Origin: an uncultured Planctomycetota bacterium
Lineage (GTDB): Bacteria > Planctomycetota > Uabimicrobiia > Uabimicrobiales > JABWCH01
Assembly: GCA_964585305.1 (NCBI GenBank)
Contig: CAZPDM010000005.1
Span: 36-64,035 of the forward strand
DNA length: 64,000 nt
Direction of reading: 5' to 3'
Notes under the pieces: model-generated
Told to the model about the DNA's origin: nothing
Database searches by the model: none
What the model saw: the letters and a program-made list of their open reading frames with translations, nothing else
Shown: positions 52,835-61,893 of the stretch, in pieces
Layout: every line of letters starts with the position of its first letter
How positions within the stretch are numbered: position 1 is the first letter of the stretch
Translations under genes and position numbers: made by a program

Positions 52835-55800
52835 ATGCAATTTTATCCCGAAAATCCTCACCTTGTTGTTCACCCCTTAAAGGGGGTCGGTGAATTACGA
52901 TATGTCCTTTCATGTCCTCAACCAGACATTTCTAAAAAAGATCTAACTGTAAAATTTGCATTTGCTGGTAAATGGAAAATTTCTTCTCAAGCATTAAAAT
53001 CAAGAATACGAGAAATTTTAGTTCACATTTTAGATATTGGATATTTTGAAATTAAAAGGTTAGCATCAAAATGGCTAATTATCGTTCCTCTTAAACCGTT
53101 AGCAAATCCAGGATTACTTCCCAACCAAGGCGAGGTAGAAGTTCCTTTGGTAATTAAATTGTCTAAAAAAGACACTGCTCAAAGCCAAGGGTTTCAATTA
53201 AAGTGCTACCAAACTATGGTTATGCAAACTAATATAGATGAAAAACAAATAGAAGAACTTGGAGAAGCATATCTGGAATTGCCTAATGGTAGTAGCACAG
53301 AAGAACAAAACTATCCATTAGAGGATATGGAAAATTTGCCTACTATTAAATTAGATATGGCACAAAAAGTATTAGATGCTGTCCTATCAGACAAACCTTT
53401 GCCCAATTCCATAAGTTCTGCAACAGATTATGGAATGGAATCAATTGGTGCTATGGAAGCTGCGACATTGCCAAATATTCCAGAAACCAGTGTTTTGCCA
53501 GAAAACTTTACTCCTACCAATCCTCCCACTGCAGAACCTGAAGTTACTCCAATTAGTGAACCAACTTCAACATCTGTTAAATCTTCCAAGTTACCAGAAG
53601 TGTATAGTGGGATCATGGCTATTGATTTTGGAACAACAAATTCAGTTGTTGTAGTAAGAGATCCTTTATTTGCAGCTGAAGAAATAAAAGAAGACCTTAG
53701 CAGAGAACAATGGACAACCTTAATGCAATGGGTTGATTCTTGGGTAATTCATCATTTATCTGTATTGGCCCCTAGTGAACAGGATTTATTTGTAGAAGAA
53801 ATTACTCGATATGTACCGGAAATGGATGTATCTCCTTGCGGAAGTCTTTCTGTAGATATTTGGGAAGATTTACAAAGAATTCCTAAAGAAGCAAAAGCAA
53901 AATTTTTAGAAGAAGTTATTGCTAATTTTTCTAATTTTGATATAGACAGCAATAATCACAAAATTTTGCAAGATTTAGCAGGAGAAGTAATGAATGGTTT
54001 TGAAAAATGTGTATATTCTAAAACCCTTGAATCTCAAAGATACTTCATTTTAGAGCTAGATGAAAATGCTGGCACTGGACCTATTTCTAGTGCATTACAA
54101 ATTATTTCAGCTCCTCCTGTAACAGATCAAGAGCAATTATACCAAGAAACTAAAGTAGAAATGGGCATGAGAGTTCATCTACTCATGCGTAGTGCTGCTT
54201 TACGTGAAGCAGATATTCGGCAATTTGTTTTGACTATCAAACGTTATTTTGGCCAAGAACAAAAAATCGAGCTAGTACCTTCTGAAACAGAAGAAGCATT
54301 GATCCAGTTTAGTCCCGAAATTCTTTGTCGTTTAGCATATCAAAAACTTATTCAACGAGCCTTATCTGATATACAAAATCGCAGTCGTAAAGGTGAAATG
54401 AAATATGCAGATGGAGTTCGAACAATTGTAGCCACATTTCCAACAACATATCCAGCATCTTTACGTCGCAAATTACGTGATATGATGAACGAATTAAAAG
54501 TACAAGACATAGATACTCGCTTTGACGAAGGAACTGCTTCTGCACTTTATTATATTTGGCGTGAAGTTTGCGCAGATCCTGTATGCGGAATGCATGGACT
54601 TATGGCAAGATGCCGCAGAGATCGACATGGCCGAGCTTACCAAAATCTTCTTCTATATGATTTAGGAGGAGGAACAACAGATATTGCGCTGCTTCAACTC
54701 ATTTATGAAGAGCTTCCTATTTTTGAGCCAATGGATAAAACTAAATCACTTGGTGGACAATATTTTCGAATTACACCTAAATTATTAGGCGCGACAGGAC
54801 ATCGATATATTGGCGGGGATTTACTCACTCTATGGCTTTTCCGGATTGTAAAAACAAAAATTGTAGATAGATTGCTTACACTTATCTATACTCACGAAAT
54901 AGAAATTCCTTTTGATTGTAAGTTAGCAGCATTTTTAAGTAACAATCTTCCAGAAGATTTTGCAGATGAAAAAGGACGGTATCGTTCCAAATCAATATTA
55001 CATATCGCATATCAAGCAAATAGCCAACTACGACGCTATGAACAATTAAACCAAAATTTTTTAGATGTAATATTGCCAACCAGATTTTTTGAAGATACCA
55101 GTAATACTGCTAATTTTTTTATTTTATGGGATTTAACAGAAGCAGCTAAAAAACAATTAGGAACGCCTATATCAACTTATTCTGGAAGTGGCCTTGGCAG
55201 TGAATGGCCAGAAATAGTTACACTTGATGCTATCCAAATTGAAAAAATGTTGTTTGGGATCTATCCATGGTTAGAAAAACAACGTGAAATTAACACTGAA
55301 GACTGGAAAATTACTATTTCTCAACATGAACTGACACAATGTACTGAGCAGCCTGTTATTGACTCTCTAAGTTTAGCTATTAACCTAGCACAAGCAAGGC
55401 TAACAATAGGAAATATTACAGACAGAATAGACCGGCTTATTTTTTCTGGATTATCTTGTAATTTAAAAATCGTTCAAGAGCAAGCAAAAAAACTCTTCCA
55501 AAAGACTGAAAGATTATTTGACTTTAGTCTTGCGAATGTTTTTTTTGAACCAGATTTAGCTAAAACATCTGTAGCTATGGGAGCATGTATTGGGCGTTAT
55601 TTGGAATCCGTAAGACTTGATCCCGGACATGAGAAAACACGCCAACTATTACGTGAAGGATACGACCAAGTAGATCTAGTAGTAGAAAACCTATTTACCA
55701 ATCTTGCATGTCGTCTTGTTTATGATTCCCTTATTGCAATGGTTAGCATTTTTGAACATGGACAAGAACTAAGCCAACGATCTTTTATAGATGGGAAACC

Positions 55801-56491
55801 TGTAGCACGTACTCCAATGAACGAATTAAGACCCGTTCAGGAAAAATTCTGGATATATCGCATAGACTTTGAAGGAGCACAACCACAATATCTTGGTCTA
55901 ATCAACGCCGAAGCAATTGCCTATAACAATGATTTCGATGATTTCCGTAAATTTAGAGAACAATATCTTGTAGGCTTTGAAGCCGACGCAGAGCTATTTG
56001 TCCGTGCATTTTTTCTTCCACGCGGCCCTAAAAATATCTTAGCCTTATCTTACCTCGAAGACTCGTCATTTCATACGCCAATACGAACTTCTATGGTAGA
56101 AGACAAATATGGCTACTGCATTTTACAAAAAGCAATCAGTAGCCAAGAACTATTTAATCGTAGAATTATTATCCCTGCCCGGACTAAAATGGTAGATACT
56201 ATCCAATATCCTGATGGATCGAGATACCGTTGCGCGCTAAGTCAATCATTACCTATACGAGAAATGTATGATGTATACTTGGAAGATGAAAATCCTATAA
56301 GTGAACCGCAATTGATTTCTCATTTTCATTTAGATGAAGTAGATGCAGAAGAAATAACACTTGCTTGTGATGAAACTGGAAGAGTCGTTTTGCTTCTAGC
56401 CAAAATGTATGATATAAAAATATGGGCAGATATAGATTATGTCCCACAAAAAGTAGATTCTCAATACGATCCTTTTTGTGGAGAACATTAA
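52835..56491 (+). CDS. Giant (1,218-aa) atypical Hsp70/actin-fold ATPase with N- and C-terminal extensions
   Basis: Hsp70 NBD signatures in order: AIDFGTTNSVVVV (phosphate 1), IVATFPTTYP...RFDEGTASALYY, LYDLGGGTTDIALLQL (phosphate 2), GGDLLT, IDRLIFSGLSCNLKIVQ, PDLAKTSVAMGACI. There is no signal peptide. A Pro/Glu/Thr-rich linker precedes the NBD. Confidence 0.75.
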   Translation: MQFYPENPHLVVHPLKGVGELRYVLSCPQPDISKKDLTVKFAFAGKWKISSQALKSRIREILVHILDIGYFEIKRLASKWLIIVPLKPLANPGLLPNQGEVEVPLVIKLSKKDTAQSQGFQLKCYQTMVMQTNIDEKQIEELGEAYLELPNGSSTEEQNYPLEDMENLPTIKLDMAQKVLDAVLSDKPLPNSISSATDYGMESIGAMEAATLPNIPETSVLPENFTPTNPPTAEPEVTPISEPTSTSVKSSKLPEVYSGIMAIDFGTTNSVVVVRDPLFAAEEIKEDLSREQWTTLMQWVDSWVIHHLSVLAPSEQDLFVEEITRYVPEMDVSPCGSLSVDIWEDLQRIPKEAKAKFLEEVIANFSNFDIDSNNHKILQDLAGEVMNGFEKCVYSKTLESQRYFILELDENAGTGPISSALQIISAPPVTDQEQLYQETKVEMGMRVHLLMRSAALREADIRQFVLTIKRYFGQEQKIELVPSETEEALIQFSPEILCRLAYQKLIQRALSDIQNRSRKGEMKYADGVRTIVATFPTTYPASLRRKLRDMMNELKVQDIDTRFDEGTASALYYIWREVCADPVCGMHGLMARCRRDRHGRAYQNLLLYDLGGGTTDIALLQLIYEELPIFEPMDKTKSLGGQYFRITPKLLGATGHRYIGGDLLTLWLFRIVKTKIVDRLLTLIYTHEIEIPFDCKLAAFLSNNLPEDFADEKGRYRSKSILHIAYQANSQLRRYEQLNQNFLDVILPTRFFEDTSNTANFFILWDLTEAAKKQLGTPISTYSGSGLGSEWPEIVTLDAIQIEKMLFGIYPWLEKQREINTEDWKITISQHELTQCTEQPVIDSLSLAINLAQARLTIGNITDRIDRLIFSGLSCNLKIVQEQAKKLFQKTERLFDFSLANVFFEPDLAKTSVAMGACIGRYLESVRLDPGHEKTRQLLREGYDQVDLVVENLFTNLACRLVYDSLIAMVSIFEHGQELSQRSFIDGKPVARTPMNELRPVQEKFWIYRIDFEGAQPQYLGLINAEAIAYNNDFDDFRKFREQYLVGFEADAELFVRAFFLPRGPKNILALSYLEDSSFHTPIRTSMVEDKYGYCILQKAISSQELFNRRIIIPARTKMVDTIQYPDGSRYRCALSQSLPIREMYDVYLEDENPISEPQLISHFHLDEVDAEEITLACDETGRVVLLLAKMYDIKIWADIDYVPQKVDSQYDPFCGEH

Positions 56492-56562
56492 CAAAATTCT
56501 TAAAATATCTTGACAATTTTAATGTTGAGATTTAGAATAGTTTTAAACTTAGAAAGTATTCT

Positions 56563-57132
56563 ATGATACCTTGTAAATTACTAATATTACTTTTTTTTTC
56601 AATATCTTTAATTTCCTGTAGTGTATGTGAATGGGTATCTTCTCCTCCCTACCCTCATGATCCAAAAGATATTTGGCAAACAGTCTATCAAGTCATCAAT
56701 AAAAGATATAATATTAAAGAAGCCTCCGAAACAACTTATAAATTGGAAACTGATTGGCGAAATCAAATGTCTTTACAATATTTGGAAGGTTTTCGCGATA
56801 AAGTTTATATCAAAATAGAACCCTCACTTGATGTATACGATCCTTCAGATACCAGCAAACCATTGGATATTAAGAATGAAAAAATAGATACTCGCCCGAA
56901 ACATATCATTAAAATCTGTGTTATGCGCGAACAAAATCGTAATATGGACAACCCCAATGTAATATCTGAAGCAGAATGGTATACTGCAGGAAATAATTTT
57001 GATGAAGCCAATTTGTTACTTAGCTTTTTTGCTATGCGCCTAGCAGTAAAAATGCCTCCTCCAAAGGAAATAGAAACACAAGAAACACCCAAAACAAAAA
57101 CAATAGAAGAATTTATGATTCCTGAGAAATAA
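56563..57132 (+). CDS. Lipoprotein, paralog pair member 1
   Basis: Lipobox LISC. Shares ordered motifs with the next gene: (D/E)IW...VI, W..Q, I.(I/L)EP, I(K/R).(C/K)V..(Q/K)N, NPN. Confidence 0.6.
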   Translation: MIPCKLLILLFFSISLISCSVCEWVSSPPYPHDPKDIWQTVYQVINKRYNIKEASETTYKLETDWRNQMSLQYLEGFRDKVYIKIEPSLDVYDPSDTSKPLDIKNEKIDTRPKHIIKICVMREQNRNMDNPNVISEAEWYTAGNNFDEANLLLSFFAMRLAVKMPPPKEIETQETPKTKTIEEFMIPEK

Positions 57133-57133
57133 G

Positions 57134-57634
57134 ATGCTAAAAAATTCTAATATTTTTATATTCCTTCCCATCATTTCTCTCTTCATATTTGGTTGCGGGG
57201 AACATTGGCAAATAATACAACCTATTACTCAACCACAGGAAGAAATTTGGGAAATATGTCAGTCTGTGATACAAATATGTGGATATAAAGAAAATTCTCA
57301 ACAAAGCATAGATTCAAAAACAGAACAATCCTTAAATTTACAAAAAACTCTCTATCATTGGAAAAGCCAATGGTTATACCATTTGCAACCATTGCGTTCA
57401 ACAGGCAGCCGAAGTTGTTTACATATTACTTTAGAACCATATTTACAAGAAAAAAATACTTGGCAAATCAGATTAAAAGTTGTCAAACAAAAAAATCATG
57501 CTACAGATGATTATATGAATCCAAATCTTGCAATATGGCTTGCCGATGGTTACGATCTCCAACAAGAAATATTCTTAAGTAATTTGATACAAACTAAATT
57601 ATATCTGCAAAAAAATGATAATAAGGAAAGGTAA
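57134..57634 (+). CDS. Lipoprotein, paralog pair member 2
   Basis: Lipobox IFGC. It starts 1 nt after the upstream stop. Motifs are shared with 56563..57132. Confidence 0.6.
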   Translation: MLKNSNIFIFLPIISLFIFGCGEHWQIIQPITQPQEEIWEICQSVIQICGYKENSQQSIDSKTEQSLNLQKTLYHWKSQWLYHLQPLRSTGSRSCLHITLEPYLQEKNTWQIRLKVVKQKNHATDDYMNPNLAIWLADGYDLQQEIFLSNLIQTKLYLQKNDNKER

Positions 57635-57637
57635 TTT

Positions 57638-58780
57638 ATGAAAACATTTCTAGGAATTTGTCTCTCTTTTTTACTTATGATTTCTGTTATTGCACAAGAA
57701 ACACCTGCTTCTAATGATATTGTTATTCTAAAAAATGGTGATAGACTTTCTGGACAAATTAGTAATTGGGACAATGGAAATGTTATTTTAGTAGGAAGTA
57801 TGATCGGCGAAGTAAAAGTTCCTTGGGAAAATATTCAAGGAATAGAAAGCAACCGTACATTATATTTCAGAACTGAAAGTGATGTTATGGCTGCTCGTCC
57901 TGCAGGAGTCCAAAACGGACAACAAGTTCTTAATTCCGGATTAGTAGGACAATTTTCAGTTCCTCGCGAAAAAATTTTAATGGTAGGCCCAACAAACGAT
58001 AGCGTTTCTCCTGAATATATTAAAACTCAAAATGATCTCAAAAAAGCTCAGGAAGATCTAGCTAATGCTACACAAATAAATAAAGTATGGTCAGGTTTTT
58101 TAAATCTTAACTTTAGTGGAACAAGCGGAAATAAAGATTCAGCAACATTTAATGCTATTGCTCATGTTGAAAGAACAGCACCTTCTGATAAATTTATCGC
58201 CCATTTAGAAGCCCGCTATGGCGAAACAGATGATGTGCTTAGCGCGAAAGAAGTCTCAGGATATTTACGTGAAAACGTAGATATTACAGCACGCCTATAT
58301 ATATATGGGCGACTTGAAGGAAAATGGGACGAAGTTAAAGAAATCAATTTTGGCTTTATGGCAGAACTTGGTGGTGGTATCCATATATTAAAAGAAACCG
58401 ATGTTCATTTGTTTACCGATGACAAAATTACATTAGACTTTGATCTTGGTGCGTCTTATAGTGCAACCGATTTTAAAGAAGGCGAAGATACCCATAGTGC
58501 AGGTTTGGTTGCTCGTATTCAATATAAACACATTTTCCCCAATAAATGGGTATTCTCTCTTACAGGGACATATATACAAGATTTCCAAGAGCCGCAGAAT
58601 AAAAGAAATGCAGGAAACCTTGACGGATACCGTTGCATTTTAGAAGCTATGCTAGAAATGCCCGTAACAGATGTATTATCTTTTACAGCCAGCATTAAAG
58701 ATGAATATAACAACGCTCCTGCGCCAGGACTTGAACGAAATGATTTCTATTGGATGCTTGGTCTTAAGCTGACATTATAG
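57638..58780 (+). CDS. DUF481/YdiY-like outer-membrane beta-barrel with an N-terminal soluble domain
   Basis: Signal peptide present. IVILKNGDRLSGQISNWDNGNVIL...VPWENIQGIES, followed by a GTSGNKDSATFNA...-type alternating-strand barrel. Confidence 0.6.
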   Translation: MKTFLGICLSFLLMISVIAQETPASNDIVILKNGDRLSGQISNWDNGNVILVGSMIGEVKVPWENIQGIESNRTLYFRTESDVMAARPAGVQNGQQVLNSGLVGQFSVPREKILMVGPTNDSVSPEYIKTQNDLKKAQEDLANATQINKVWSGFLNLNFSGTSGNKDSATFNAIAHVERTAPSDKFIAHLEARYGETDDVLSAKEVSGYLRENVDITARLYIYGRLEGKWDEVKEINFGFMAELGGGIHILKETDVHLFTDDKITLDFDLGASYSATDFKEGEDTHSAGLVARIQYKHIFPNKWVFSLTGTYIQDFQEPQNKRNAGNLDGYRCILEAMLEMPVTDVLSFTASIKDEYNNAPAPGLERNDFYWMLGLKLTL

Positions 58781-58797
58781 CAAAATAATTCTGCAGA

Positions 58798-58831
58798 AAA
58801 ATCCATGCTGATTCATACCAGCACGGATTTT
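58798..58831 (+). terminator. Weak terminator-like hairpin after the DUF481 gene
   Basis: AAAATCCATGCTG-attcatac-CAGCACGGATTTT (one A-C mismatch). The T-run lies mostly inside the stem. Confidence 0.4.
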
Positions 58832-58875
58832 TCCTAATTTAGGAAAGAAGTAATGATACTTTCCTTTAATCATAG

Positions 58876-58911
58876 CTATTTGAAACTATTTGAAAAATCG
58901 TCTATTTGCAA
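58876..58911 (+). promoter_or_regulatory. Three direct CTATTTG(A/C)AA repeats upstream of the REC-TPR gene
   Basis: CTATTTGAAA at 58876 and 58886 (10-bp phasing), and CTATTTGCAA at 58902. The last copy ends 65 nt upstream of ATG 58977. Confidence 0.35.
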
Positions 58912-58976
58912 AGTCGGCTCATTGAGTTAGCAAAAATTTTGGTAATTTTTCACAAAATAAGAATAGGAGATAAAGT

Positions 58977-59681
58977 ATGCCAAAAGACATTTTGTTGATT
59001 GGCTCAGAAGAACGTGTAGCTTTATATCAGGAAGCATATAATAAAAGTGATTTAGAATTTCGTGTAGCAAAAGATTTAAATAGTACAATGGAAGCAATCA
59101 AAGAACGCTTGCCCATGCTTATTTTAGTAGATTATGATATCTTAGGGCGTAAAAGCGTTGAGATTTGTCAAACATTAAAAAAATACCCAGGTACATTACA
59201 TTTGCCACTTATTTTTCTTACACCACGTCATATCAGTAATGAGCAGAATACAGACCTCTTAGAAGTGCTATACATTCCTGTTAATGATTATATTTTTCTA
59301 CCGCTTGATCCAGAAGATTTTCGAATGAGAATGGACGCCCATTTTCAACTTATTGAATATCAAGAAAAGAAAAAACTAATTTCAGTAGAAGAAAAAATCA
59401 GTGAGTTAAAAATTTTAGTAGAAAGATTTCCTAATTATACGGCAGCACGTCAAGAATTATCAGCAATCTATGAAAAAACCGGGCAAATTCAACAAGCCCT
59501 TGCTTCTAATTTAGAGTTAGCTAAACAATATTATCATCAAAAAAACTTTGGATTGGCTATGGAAGTAATTTCTAAGATGAAAAATATGATTGCAAAACAA
59601 AGTATCCAATTTAGTGGGCATAGTTTATTTTTAGAAGGTTTACAACGTTGCATAGATATATTGGGCATAAAAAAGAATTAA
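58977..59681 (+). CDS. Atypical receiver (REC)-like domain + TPR-like C-terminal region
   Basis: ILLIGSEE...LILVDYD...LIFLT...FLPLD aligns with the CheY-type beta strands. The conserved Lys and the DD pair are not conserved. The C-terminus is TPR-like: AARQELSAIYEKTGQIQQALASNLELAKQYY. Confidence 0.6.
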   Translation: MPKDILLIGSEERVALYQEAYNKSDLEFRVAKDLNSTMEAIKERLPMLILVDYDILGRKSVEICQTLKKYPGTLHLPLIFLTPRHISNEQNTDLLEVLYIPVNDYIFLPLDPEDFRMRMDAHFQLIEYQEKKKLISVEEKISELKILVERFPNYTAARQELSAIYEKTGQIQQALASNLELAKQYYHQKNFGLAMEVISKMKNMIAKQSIQFSGHSLFLEGLQRCIDILGIKKN

Positions 59682-59686
59682 AAAAA

Positions 59687-59723
59687 ATGCGTTAGTTACT
59701 TGACTAACTAACGCATTTTTTTT
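59687..59723. terminator. Bidirectional intrinsic terminator
   Basis: A7-TGCGTTAGTTA-cttgac-TAACTAACGCA-T8, followed by an A-run, between convergent genes. Confidence 0.8.
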
Positions 59724-59731
59724 AAAAAAAA

Positions 59732-61738
59732 CTACAGTTTATCCCGAAATAAGGAAATTGATTCGCGAATTTTATCCGATGTTCCCATAATAAAAACTAT
59801 ATCATCCGGAAGAATAACAGTTTCCCCATCTGGATTTAAAATGTATCCTTCTTTACGTTGTATTGCTAAAACAGTAATTGAATATTTTTTGCGTAATCCA
59901 ATTGTAGATAAACTTTTATAAGTAATAAAAGCTGCTTTATCAACACTAATATTTGTAATATCAAGATTCGGAAGTTTGATATTATTTTCAGGAAAAACAT
60001 CAGAAAGACTACGTAACATTTCATAACCACTTGAGCGAATTTCTTGCACAAGTTGTTCAATTTTATCTTTGGGAATAAGGTATTGCCGTAAAACACGAAT
60101 AAATATCTCAATCGAAGTTTCAAACTCTTCTGGAATTACTTCACTTGCTCCTAATTTAAGTAATCGTGGAATTTCACTGCTATAGCGTGTTCGAGTTATA
60201 ATATGTAAGGACGGATTCATTCTTCTTGCCAGTTCTGTAGTACGACGTGCAGCCTCACTATCCGAAATTGCAATAACCATTGTTCTAGCTTTTTTAATAT
60301 TTGCATGATCCAGAACAATATCTTCTGTAGAGTCTCCAAAAAAAATGGGCATATTTTTAGCGCGTTCTTGATGCACTGTCTTAGGATTCATTTCAATAAT
60401 AACAAAAGGTACTTTTGCAGCAGTAGCAGTTTGAGCTAAATTACGTCCATTGAGTCCAAAACCTACAATAATAAGATGATCCGCAAGATCTTCTGGTAAG
60501 GATTGAGTATCTGGAATTTTTTGTCCAATTTTTTTTGTTATTTTTGCAACTAAGTCAGTAATTTTAGGGCCTAATGTAACTAGAAAAGGATTGGCCATCA
60601 TACTTAAAATAGATACACCTAAAAACATCTGATACAAATTATTATCTAATAATTTATAATTAGGTTGTGCAGCTTCTTTACAAAGTACAAATGAAAATTC
60701 GCCAATCTGATTTAAAATAATTCCTGATAAAATAGCCGTTCTTAAAGGATAACCTACAATTAAAACAGCTATTTTAGCAGCAATAGTTTTAAGCAATAAA
60801 GCAATAAATGTAATCAATAGTATTAGCCAAATATTTTCTTTAAAATATGTAATATCTAAAAGCATACCAATAGAAACAAAGAAAAAGCTCATAAACAAAT
60901 CTTGAAAAGGAAGTATACTAGATAGTGCGCGATTGCCATATTCCGATTCAGAAATAATCAAGCCAGCTAAAAAGGCACCTAATGCCAAAGACAGCCCTAC
61001 GGATGAAGTAATCCAGGCAATTGCAAGACAAATAAATAAAATGGACATCATAAATAATGCGCGGTCTTTTGTTCGTGCAACATAATATAAAACTTTGGGA
61101 ACAAGCCACAGCGCAGAAAACATTACAGAAGAAATTACAATAATAGACTTTCCAAGAAATAAAAACAAAAAACCCCAGAAATCTGTATCTGCATTTCCTA
61201 AAATTGGTATAGCTAAAACCATAGGGATTGACATAACATCTTGAAAAATAGAAATACCTAGACAAGCTCTAGCTTGTGGAGTGTCCATCTCTAAACGTTC
61301 TTGCAAGACTTTAACAAGAATAGCTGTACTTGTCATCGAAACCATAAATCCCACAACAATGCTAGTTGCCAAGCTAAATTTAAATAAATATAAAATTAAG
61401 ACAACAATAACCGTTGTCAAAACAACTTGCATTGCACCACCTAAAAAAACTACCTTTTTAATCCGCATCAATTCTTTTATTGAAAATTGAATGCCACTGT
61501 TAAATAATAAAAATACAACACCTATATCTGCAACAACATTAACGGCTGATTTATCTGAAATATATGGGCCTGCTATTACTCCAGTAAGTAAAATTCCAAT
61601 AATTGTAGGAATTTTCATCAGATAACATATACAAATAGCAAAAATAGCAATCCCAACAATCAATAACGTATCGTGAAGAGTAGAAATCGTCATATTAGGA
61701 ACGGCTTGCAATAAAGTATAGGGAAAAAAACTAGGCAT
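59732..61738 (-). CDS. CPA2-family cation:proton antiporter with C-terminal RCK (TrkA-N/TrkA-C) domains (KefB/YbaL-like)
   Basis: About 12 TM helices with Na+/H+ exchanger-type motifs. Rossmann HLIIVGFGLNGRNLA. TrkA-C-like tail: GLRKKYSITVLAIQRKEG...PDDIVFIMG. Confidence 0.8.
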   Translation of the reverse strand: MPSFFPYTLLQAVPNMTISTLHDTLLIVGIAIFAICICYLMKIPTIIGILLTGVIAGPYISDKSAVNVVADIGVVFLLFNSGIQFSIKELMRIKKVVFLGGAMQVVLTTVIVVLILYLFKFSLATSIVVGFMVSMTSTAILVKVLQERLEMDTPQARACLGISIFQDVMSIPMVLAIPILGNADTDFWGFLFLFLGKSIIVISSVMFSALWLVPKVLYYVARTKDRALFMMSILFICLAIAWITSSVGLSLALGAFLAGLIISESEYGNRALSSILPFQDLFMSFFFVSIGMLLDITYFKENIWLILLITFIALLLKTIAAKIAVLIVGYPLRTAILSGIILNQIGEFSFVLCKEAAQPNYKLLDNNLYQMFLGVSILSMMANPFLVTLGPKITDLVAKITKKIGQKIPDTQSLPEDLADHLIIVGFGLNGRNLAQTATAAKVPFVIIEMNPKTVHQERAKNMPIFFGDSTEDIVLDHANIKKARTMVIAISDSEAARRTTELARRMNPSLHIITRTRYSSEIPRLLKLGASEVIPEEFETSIEIFIRVLRQYLIPKDKIEQLVQEIRSSGYEMLRSLSDVFPENNIKLPNLDITNISVDKAAFITYKSLSTIGLRKKYSITVLAIQRKEGYILNPDGETVILPDDIVFIMGTSDKIRESISLFRDKL

Positions 61739-61893
61739 CCTAAAAATCCTTAAAATTTATAAAAAAATTTAAAGAAACTACGATTTATCAATAATTTGGG
61801 AAATATTGAAAATATAATTAGGTTCTATTTAACAAAAAATTTTTATAAAATAAAGCAAAAAAATATTTTTTCTAATTTTTAGGAGGACTTATC

